A DNA stretch of 63,112 bases, counting the filler, from Perkinsus chesapeaki ATCC PRA-425 (taxonomy: Eukaryota > Protista > Perkinsozoa), in assembly GCA_013115145.1 (NCBI GenBank). It is 7 parts of 7 records of this genome, joined end to end, with 100 filler letters (N's around TTAATTAATTAA, not from the genome) between each part and the next. Parts side by side here need not be neighbours in the genome. Positions count along the whole stretch, not along the records: positions 48,739 to 58,926 come from JAAPAO010000901.1; positions 59,027 to 61,240 come from JAAPAO010001652.1; positions 61,341 to 63,112 come from JAAPAO010001791.1; 4 more parts are not named here. The stretch is one strand, 5' to 3'. Made by a program: the position numbers and the translations under genes. Positions 51,501-61,499 of this stretch are shown here, piece by piece; within the stretch, counting starts at the first letter, position 1, and each line of letters begins with the position of its first letter. The notes under the pieces were generated by a model, which saw only the letters and a list, made by a program, of their open reading frames with translations, did no database searches and was not told the DNA's origin.

Positions 51501-53079
51501 CATTCACAGTCACGCCTGCTTCGGCCAGATGGTCTAACCAGTCCGCATGGACTTTCAGGGGCAATAGGTGCGAGCTCTCGGAAGGGAGTGTTGACTCTGA
51601 ACTCGACGAGACCTGGAAAAATAGAGCCTATATTAGCAGTAGCAGTAGTGCAATCCGAAATTTGCATGCTTGAACAAGAGAAAATATGGCCAATGGCTTA
51701 GCCATACTTCGTAATGCAGCCACTATGGCTGCATTCCCGTAGTGGTAGCGACCTCCACAACACTCAAGAGTAAATATGGGTAACTAGATGGGTACGGGGC
51801 TGCTCATAATAGACGGAATGGGCCTTCCCATTTGGAGGTAAAAAATTGCGCCCAGTTTTGCTGAAATTTCTCGAAGTGTCACGCGCCTAATCAATCAACA
51901 AAACTGTTGATACGTTGATATAAAAGCAAGAACCTTCGGAACATCCACTCTCACTTTAACAAGCTCATATTCTCTAAATCGGTCATTGGGGAATAGAATT
52001 ATACGAGCAGATGGCTCTGGGTTTCCAGCAGAGGTACCCTCAAAGAGATCATCACACGTCAACATACCACAGCTCCAACACAACCGACGATATCTGAGGA
52101 AACCCGCGTTCGAACCCCAGGAGAGGTATTCCCACATGTTCATGCGTGCAAATCTCATACCGCTCTCGCCACAAATCGTCTAACATTTTATCATGGTACT
52201 TTCGTTATTTGCTACATAGTCGAGTTCTTCTGAAGAATTTTCCTTCATTGAAAATTCTGCTTGGAACTCGGAACCTTTTCATAATGTTATTGAGGTTAAT
52301 GTACAGCATACGATGTTATACTACTCACTAAAGGTTTGATGGATTGGAGACTTTTATTTACATTGCAATAAAGATTAACTTAACGACACAGTGGAGCTGA
52401 TCTAACTTACAACACGCTTATTAACATTATTCATTTGCCTGATATAACACTCATTACAGAATGCTACTTTACATCAGAAGCAAACATCAGGTTAAAATCT
52501 CAAAGCGGTTCCCGTGCAGAATGCCTGCCATCCAGCCGAGTGGGAATGTGTTCCCCTGGGATCGAAAAATGCTCCGAATGTGGAGGAGATAAACGGGGAA
52601 AATTTTCACAAAAATGTGTCCCCAGCCAAATAAAGAAACATCAAGTGCATTTTTTCTGGGTCTAACAGCTTGTGTTTCACTCTGACTCCTCGGACATGAT
52701 TCAAACAAGGCCGCCTAAAACCCGTACACCTCCCAAACCCGACCATCGTCATTCGTTTGCTTCGGCTAATTCACATAGCAATATGCTTACTTCTCATAAC
52801 TTCCATCTTTCTCTTTCTTCAACGGTTCTAAACACACCAGTTCTCCTTCAAAGCGAGGACATGCTGGGAGGCAAGTGGAATCTGGCACCACCTGAAAGAT
52901 GAAACCGGCATTTGGAGAAGATACACCATCGTTTCGCGCTTAAAATAGGCCTAAGATTCGATTCCGTATAATGTGGTACCGCCGAACTCAACGTCGACAT
53001 CATCAATACTTGCTATAATATCAATGCTATTACCACTGCTGTGTTTCAATACTAGTACCATAAAGAATTCTGTGGCACA

Positions 53080-53530
53080 TTATAACATACAAATAAGCAA
53101 GACATGGGAAAAACCGAATTTCGCCACGAAAATAACGATCGCTGTTCCTTTTTCACTAGAAGCTTTCCTCCTAGAAATCTTTTTAGTACGCAGGGCACGC
53201 TTCAAGCTCACCTTCGTTTCCTTTAAAATCTCCCTCATCGATTTCGGTTTGAACTCTCCCTCTACCGGAACCGTTCGGCCCTCTCCAACGCATTTCTCAA
53301 TCCACGCAGTCGGCGCAATGAGCACACCTCGTCTGGTAGCCTCCTAACGTTGAGCAAATGTAAGATTCTACAAGACATGCAAGATTTCCTACCTCTAGGG
53401 CAGTCTCATCAAAAGCATCGTCAATAACTGCAACATCGCATCTTTCCAATGAGGACTCAACGCTTGCCGCTCCGTTGGCCATCGCCAAACTTTTGAAACT
53501 GCCGGAAGATACCTTTGAGGTGTTCTTGGA
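53080..53530 (-). CDS. BRCT-domain-like exons of a multi-exon gene that may extend to lower coordinates
   Basis: Removing the 49-nt GT-AG intron 53392-53344 gives MANGAASVESSLERCDVAVIDDAFDETALE|EATRRGVLIAPTAWIEKCVGEGRTVP, a BRCT-like pattern (W..C). Confidence 0.55.
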
Positions 53531-54805
53531 ATTTTCCTACTGCGCAAGAGATCCTGTGGATGTTCCAAGAAAGCAGAAGCGCATCCCTTGAAAAACCTGA
53601 GCGAGAAAAATCCGAAATTTTCCGGGAAATTTTCCCACCTTTAAATCATATTTGTTCTCATCTTGTGGAATCCCTTTCAGTTTCCAACATTCTTCGATGA
53701 ATCCCGGCCTGACACGTCGGAAAATTTTCGGAAAAAAATCGGGAAATTTTCTGCCCTACAGTTTCAAGGAGCTTTTCAGTTCGTGTGCAGCCATCCGATA
53801 CTTTGCATTCTTAAGATCGGCGTTGGAGCAGATTAACATATCCAACTGAATAACATCAACAAGGATCGATTAACGAATGTTAAGATAGGGCAAGAATTAG
53901 GAACATCTTTCCGACTGCCTCAGATGAACTTTGCCATCGGCTCACCAAAAGCTACCAGTGAGCTCTGAGCCCAATGGACAGGATGTTTCGGCTAGTAAGG
54001 GAAAGACATACGGGTCGATTCTTGGTTAGGGTATACGGGAATTGGACTTGAACTCTCAACAATGACTCAACGTCGAATTCCTGCGCGCCTGGAAATTACG
54101 GGAATACAAATGACAAAAGGAAAAATGGCTCCTAGAGTTGGCAACCAAATAATACTCCAAACTCTATTTAGTTTTATACACTTCACAAGAAAAATCTCAA
54201 ATCGATTCCATTTTTCATCACCGAGCAACACTACAGTCATTGCCAGACAAAAAAACTTACGATTTACAAAACTTCAGACAAGGGCCGCAATCATCGTGAT
54301 AAATTTTCTTCAATGATTTTAAATCTATTATTCATATCAAAACTTCTCACATTTTCAGGCAGCTCTCGTCGGTCATACGCTCCCATCCAACCAATCAACT
54401 TGGTTATATTCTCACGTTGCGCCAACACCAGACCTGTACACGACACCTGAACACGAGCAACAAAGTATCTGGTCACTCTTATCCGAGGCGGAGAGTCATC
54501 ACTGGGCAGCGCTCACCGTCATTCCCTGCAAAATGTCATCATAAATAACATCAATATTTGGTCGTGGCTCGCCTACTGACTCTGAAGATGGATTGAGAAA
54601 CTGAAAATAATAATACGTGGTAAACGGCAAAACAAAAGACCACATTGAAATTCATTATTAAGATCCTAGTGGTTTTTAAACTGACCTTTTAAGTTCACTA
54701 ATGTCTGCAATAATATTGCTGCTACATGTTCGTTCAATTTTGGTAAAATCTAGTGATTCGCCCAACTTAGGTGACAAATCCTCCCATCCCCCCGAACTGC
54801 CCCGT

Positions 54806-55186
54806 TCAAGATAATCCAGTCCAGTCAAATACAATTTGGCAAAGAGCCCTCATTAGACAATTTGAAGAATTTTCGAACATCACAATGATCGCATATTCTT
54901 CCACCTTAGCAGCATTTTCTGAACAAACGCATTTCCGTGACATTATAGAAATGCCCGAACTGTCCCGTTCAAGATACCCCAACTGCTTGTCTCTCACCTT
55001 CTCCCAATAAGGCTTTCCGACAACCCTCCTCCTCCTCTTCCTCCCCTCATCTTCCTCAACCAACTCTACCGCATGCTGGAAATGTTGCCCGGAAAATTTA
55101 TGAAATACGAAAATTTTCGCTCTCTCAAACGGGACCATAAATTTTTCATCTGGAGTTGGCGGCGAATATGAGAACCAGACTTCCAT
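54806..55186 (-). CDS. Hypothetical protein (first exon probably 55186-54998)
   Basis: 126-codon ORF behind a pyrimidine tract ending CGCAG; strong donor after PYWEK|gtgaga; downstream exons unresolved. Confidence 0.35.
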   Translation of the reverse strand: MEVWFSYSPPTPDEKFMVPFERAKIFVFHKFSGQHFQHAVELVEEDEGRKRRRRVVGKPYWEKVRDKQLGYLERDSSGISIMSRKCVCSENAAKVEEYAIIVMFENSSNCLMRALCQIVFDWTGLS

Positions 55187-55414
55187 TCAACAACTGCGAG
55201 AAAACCAACTCTCCAAAACTACTTTTCTACGCGAGTTCTCTGAAAAAATTATTTTCCAAGAAAATTCCCGATTTTTTCCCGGAAATTCTGACAAGAACTG
55301 TTCCCTAAAAATCCTTGGATGTATTTTCCATCCATTATTATCTTGCAATCTTGCATTTCCTCAACGCATCCCACTCGGTGACTAACAAACGCAAAAAACT
55401 TTGAATTGGAAATA

Positions 55415-56430
55415 TCAACTTTTATTTTCTTCCACTTTTCGACGTTTTCTCGCATCTTCCAATCGTTTCTTCATAGCTTCTCTTCGGCCGACCGGGTGGG
55501 GCACTAAAATGGGCGAATTATTCCGAATCCGTGATAAATCTACCCATAATAAAACGCTTACTTTCATCTTCACGCCTCAATCGCGCTTGAGCTGCTTCTG
55601 CTTCAGCATGGAACGCGTCTGCTGCTTCTCTGTCTTCCGGTAAGTTGTAAGTCCTACGGAGCGCGCCACTAAATTCCTCCCAATAAATTATTTGCTCCAA
55701 TTTTCCATATTGATGAATTCAAAAGCCGGTCTCACAAGAAATGCAAAAACGATTCCCCCTTACAAAAGACTTACCTCTCAAACACCTGCCTTATCCCACC
55801 GTCATTGCCTTGGACTTCCTCAGAAGGCAAATTTGATGATGAAGAAGGTGGGGAGGAAAATCTGATAGAAAAAGCGTAAAAACCTCTCCCAGACGTGAGA
55901 ACTGTTCTCAAGCGGTAATTCTGATCTACACAGGAAAGCTTGGAATAATCAGTTTGAGTAATATTTAAGTTACATTAATAAATAATAAATGTCGAGTTGT
56001 AGTGCTTCAAAATGCAAGTCGATATTGCTCTTATTAACAACTTTCTAAACCGCATTAAAGGCTTTAATTTAAAGCTAATATCTTCACCAAGTCCGTAATG
56101 CACGGTTTAAGCTAAGATACTCCTACCTTTCAGTTTCACTTTGCCATGCATCCATCATTTTAACTTTATCACCAAAGTTAACTAGTCTATTGCCGGTATC
56201 CTCACCTCCTCCCATAGTCGCTGCTGATTGCATCATCTTTTCATACAGCGACGCTTTCTCTTCTAACTTCCTAAAGGGCCAACCTCACCAAAACATCTTT
56301 AAGAAAGTTAGACAATCGAGACACTATCTGCCTCCTTACGCTCACAAGCTGAGCCAAAAAGTATCTTTTCGTTTCATTCGATGCCATGAAACGCTCACCA
56401 ATCAACAGTTGATAACTACCGAGCAGATGA
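55415..56430 (-). CDS. CCDC174/DUF4078-like coiled-coil protein, multi-exon; some junctions unresolved
   Basis: Exon 56270-56127 KLEEKASLYEKM...RLVNFGDK; further exons FSSPPSS...RQVFE|SGALRRTY...ARLRREDE and REAMKKRLEDARKRRKVEENKS*. One junction could not be put in phase. Confidence 0.5.
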
Positions 56431-58192
56431 GCAATTTTATGATATTGCGTACGCCTAAACCTATTAAAAGAGTGTGCAACCATCTATGATCCGATAATAT
56501 TCACTGGCGGCAAGTTGCCTATAATACAGAAGATGCTACTACCATGTGGCTCCTTATCATCCTAGACGACGACCCAACAGAAATAGCTTTAGAAATGTGG
56601 ACACGTATCCTCACCAACTTGACCATTGATGAATATCTTTTCATTTCCCCCCAAAAAAGTTCCGATGAAATCACTCCAACTCCTACGAGTTCGGCCAGGA
56701 AGCCGTTGCCAAGTTCATTATTTTAATACCAAATTTCCTCCAAATCCCGCCCCCCTAGTACTTCCTCACAGTCTCACTTCTATCCTCATCCTCAGTACTT
56801 CTGGCGTGTTTTCTAGATAACTTTGATTCTTTTTTCAATGGTCGTGCTGCCATACCATCATTCTTTTTACGTCTACTGGCATCCGATTCGCCATCATCAA
56901 TCATGGCCTAACCAAAAAACAATCAACTTCAGCGCATTTTTCAAACACAGATATCGGGTTTCGGTCTTGACTATGCAGAATAACAATCAAAAAGTGACGA
57001 GTAAACAGTTTACACGACATGCCCAGCAATGATTTCCCGGAAAGATACTCCAACGGTTGCTTTATCGCACCGTGAAGGATTCTTTGTGAGATTGCACGCT
57101 ATTTAGCATCTCCGAGATCCATTTGTGTAGTTTGCATTGCGACGCGACATTGATTTCCTTCTTCGGGCCAGATTGACGTCCGTCAGTGACAGTCACTAAA
57201 TTACCATGATTCCCCTCGCCACGGACGGTTGAGCAAAATACTGTATGTTGCTCTTTGGAGGGATACTGTTTGTTGAAGAGCCAACTAATCAATATTAGCC
57301 ATCTTATTGCATCATCTCATTGTTAAAAACTAAATCAGTAATATTAATGTTGCAATATTATATAATAACAGCTGATGCCTTTTTGTCGTGTGTTGACTTA
57401 TTAACATGTCAGCGTATGGTCAGTACTAGCACTATCCACATCCTTGGACGTGTGTTAGGGGGCCCCCCTGTGGGTACATAATAAATGGACATTAAGGTCG
57501 TACTGTTTGCTCTAGCTGCAGTATTGATCCGCAAATTGATAGAACTTATTTCTATCAATTTTCATACCAGCTCATCCTGTGCGTCCGACACACAATAAGA
57601 GTAATTGTATATTATTATAGCAAATGCTCCCCCACTTTAAAGACTGCAGAGCGAGCCATAACCATCACACCTTCGTGCCCCTCGGTGAAACAATATAAAG
57701 ATAATAACATCTATTAACACGTACAAACGATATTTTGTCGTTAAATTTCCCCGCTGGGAATAAAATGCTCATTAGTTCGCATGCCCCCAAATGACGTACT
57801 AGTTGTTCCATACCGCTCCCTCCGCTACCACCTTAAGAATGTTGATATCCTGTTTCCCCGAGCCACCATAGGCCTTTGAAAGATCAACCCTTTCAGCCTT
57901 CTTTGGTATTAATGCCGATTCGGTTAGCCACCCGAGAGACATTCAATTACTTCTACAAGATCCTGTGGAAAATGAAAAAGTCCCGAACATTAAGAAAGAG
58001 CTTAGAAATGTGCAAGGAAGCTCACATTGCTCTCCGCTAGGGTTGGGAGTGTAACCATTTGTTTCTTGGATTTCTGCTCCTTGCCAGATCCAACCTTCTC
58101 CTCAGAGAATCTTGGTAATCTTGCAGATCTTGCATTCTCTCAACGCAACAGCGCATTTTCCATTTTTGTTTTACCGATCGTCATCTTTTACA

Positions 58193-58393
58193 ATGCGATT
58201 ACTCATCACATTCATCATCGTGGCTTTATCACATACAAAGAGACCTCCACGCCACGCTGCTTTACGGAGAAGGTCCAATGGTCAACGACATTTAAGACGA
58301 CTGTTAGCGAGGGAGGATAAACATGATAGAAAAATGGAAAGAATACAAAGACGCGACAGAATGAAAAATGATGAGTTGTTCATGACGGATTAA
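58193..58393 (+). CDS. 66-aa putative secreted Arg-rich peptide
   Basis: MRLLITFIIVALSHT signal-like start after a pyrimidine tract; basic then charged body; single exon. Confidence 0.4.
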   Translation: MRLLITFIIVALSHTKRPPRHAALRRRSNGQRHLRRLLAREDKHDRKMERIQRRDRMKNDELFMTD

Positions 58394-58773
58394 TAATCCT
58401 GAATCAGGATTGCTGTTGATGAGATTAGATTGAGTATATTAGTTCTGGCAATGTTGAAGTATATAATACACAACAGCTACGGCAAAGTAGATAATAATGA
58501 GTTATCAGGGGACAGCTGCTGCCATCACACAACAACGCAGTATTATGATAATTCCGCATCGGTATCACTGTTGTTGCTATTGATGAGATTGAGTCGAGTG
58601 TGTTAGTTATGACAATGTTAAAGTACATGATACGCGACATAAACGCAACAGCTTCAGTGCGAAAAAGGTAGATATTAATAACTTATTAGGAGATAGTTGC
58701 AATCACACAACAACGCAGTGTTATAATAATACCACCGCCGTTTCACCGGATAACAACAGTGCCTCTCCCAACA

Positions 58774-58805
58774 CCGGCACCTGTGGAACTTTCCACAGGT
58801 GCCGG
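58774..58805. repeat. Perfect 15-bp inverted repeat with 2-nt spacer
   Basis: ccggcacctgtggaa-ct-ttccacaggtgccgg. Confidence 0.95.
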
Positions 58806-60304
58806 CGCTGTGTTTCCTTTCCGGCGATCGCCCTATACAATTGGGTCTGACATCTCTAGCCCCACAGGCTCACCCCGCACAGACCAGAGCAAGGCAAGTC
58901 ATAGTCTGGATCCCCACAGCTTCACTNNNNNNNNNNNNNNNNNNNNNNNNNNNNNNNNNNNNNNNNNNNNTTAATTAATTAANNNNNNNNNNNNNNNNNN
59001 NNNNNNNNNNNNNNNNNNNNNNNNNNGGGTTCCTTCCTTCTCATCATCTTAGTTTTTTACCCTCGTATACTTGTCTACTTTCGTTGTAAATCTTAACATG
59101 GTTACGGTGGTTGATGGCTGGCAGGCTTATGAGCAGAGAGAGGTGGATCGGCGCCGCCGATCGGCGGCTGGTGGAGAGTAATTTCTGAGTGGATGATTGA
59201 TCATTTTAATTGTGTACTATTGTATTTTCTCGTAATCTCGCAATAAATATTGAAATAATACATTGTACTATTATTTGGGAGTTCATAAGACTATCACTTT
59301 ACTATTTCTGACTACTGTTCATTTGTGGATTTATTGAGCATCAGGCTGCTATCTCGAGTGGTTGTGTGTATTAACTAGCAGTAGTAGTAGTAGATCAGTG
59401 GCTATTTTCTCATGTGAGATCGACTGTGGAATATCTTCGATTCGTTTAGAGCAATAGTTCACTGGGGTCCTCCCCAAGCTAGCTACCGGTAGTCTCTGAC
59501 GCGCAAGTACTTTTGCCCTGGTCTGGTACATTATATTTGGGCTTTAACGCTGTGGCTATTATTTACCACGCGTGGTTGACGTCCAGTCACTCTATATGAC
59601 AGGACAAAGGTTCGCCAGTCCCGCCCTTCCGCTGGGCAAACACAAAGCGGATTGAACTTTGATGACTTTGACGACTAACCTTTGGGACTGAGGCTCCGTC
59701 TGGTACTAGCTAGTGTCAACTACTTAGTCTGGACAATGAGCTATCACATGCCATACTCTGAAGCCGCGAGGCAAGACGAGTATGTAGGAACCTCTGGTAC
59801 TTCTCCCATCCTATGGCCCCTACCGCAGGGTAACCTATTGCGGTATTGGACATCGCTAACATTGTGCATATATTCGGGATGGAGGCCCCAGCTACTTCTG
59901 GTTTACTTTACCTGTACCAGGGCACTGGAAAAGCGTGGAGGGGGTGAAAGTTTCTAGCTTGTAAGGAGTTTGGGCTGATGCCGAGTTGAAGTGCAATGTT
60001 CTCGCACTTTGACTACGATGTTGGTCAGCAAAGCCTGTCATTCTCCAACGACTTTGCTTTAGAGAACTCGTTTCGTGATATTTCACTTCGAATAGCCTAC
60101 TTTTGGCAATGTCGCTGATCTTCTATGACTGTTAGCTTTACATTAATTGTGACCGCGGTCTGTATGTCTCTTCCAATCTACTACGAACTAATTCGAGGCC
60201 GGTGGGGTGTAGCGAAGCGTAACCCCCATCCGGCCGACCCCCTCATGTAATAAATTGAACCCTTTCTTCCTTTTTGCTATACATGTCGCTATGCACTATT
60301 AATC

Positions 60305-60590
60305 ATGGATCTTTATCGATTAGCTGTTGTGTTGATTACTCTTTATTCAATTAGCATTCCTGTTAGTTTATTAATGACCTACAGGTAAAGTAGCTTCTCT
60401 GATCATCAAACACAACTAGAGGAGTTCTTACAACAAGTAGTCAGGTGAGATAGTCTTGTGCGTACCGTTAGACTAATATTGTATAACTGGTTGTCTTTCA
60501 GTTTCATAGCGTTTACATCTACTGAGAAGATGCCTAGTATAATATCTCTTGCTGATGATACTACCACTGATGGATACACATACAAGGTAA
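60305..60590 (+). CDS. Possible first exons of a secreted or membrane protein
   Basis: MDLYRLAVVLITLYSISIPVSLLMTYR|gtaaag, further donors gtgaga and gtaagt; no complete model. Confidence 0.3.
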
Positions 60591-61499
60591 GTGTATTAGG
60601 CTTAGTGAGCGGAGCGACATTTTGGATTTATATACAATACACCAGCTGCTTTGTATTATTTTCACAACTTAAATCGTACTCATTACTAACAGGTCGTAAG
60701 CTCTGAATCTCGCGTTTTCCGAATCTCATGTTCTTATCAATACTACCCGCAAGGTATCTAGTATGATCGATCCACTTGAAACTCAATACATTTACACATT
60801 ATCTCATCCTAATAATATACGCGTCTCAAATATCAATCATCTTTAATTCAACTATAAAGTAGTGAGATCGTTTATAGTTAGTATAATCCTAGATCCAATC
60901 TCAATAGTGATATCTCCTCAATAGTGATACAACACGAATGGCAATATTACAACACTCCAATAATACACATCGCTTAAGTAGTAGCAGCTCGCGTCCAGGG
61001 TTAACTAAGCATCGTGTTCCGAAGATCTCATTTACCATTTCCCGCTATTTGCCGTGTCTCGTTAACATTAATAACACAGTATAGCTCAATGCGCTTATCA
61101 GTTATGTGAATCACTGATATTTGAAACGTGAATCTCTTTCGGTTGCATGTGAAATTATTTAGTTATAGTTGTTGTTGTTGACTTTACCCATGTCAATTCT
61201 GAGTCCCAATGACAGCACCGCATTGGAGGAGGTTATGGAGNNNNNNNNNNNNNNNNNNNNNNNNNNNNNNNNNNNNNNNNNNNNTTAATTAATTAANNNN
61301 NNNNNNNNNNNNNNNNNNNNNNNNNNNNNNNNNNNNNNNNAATGTTTGAGGTTAATAGAAAGCGGTAGTAGGCTGTTCTCCCCGCGAGACTCGGAGTCTC
61401 AGACTCCCGCTGCAATAGTCCTATCAAACCTGAGATGTCTACTGTAGTGAGAGGAGGTTCATCGCTATCACACCTTCTACATGCCTGTCGACTGACTCT

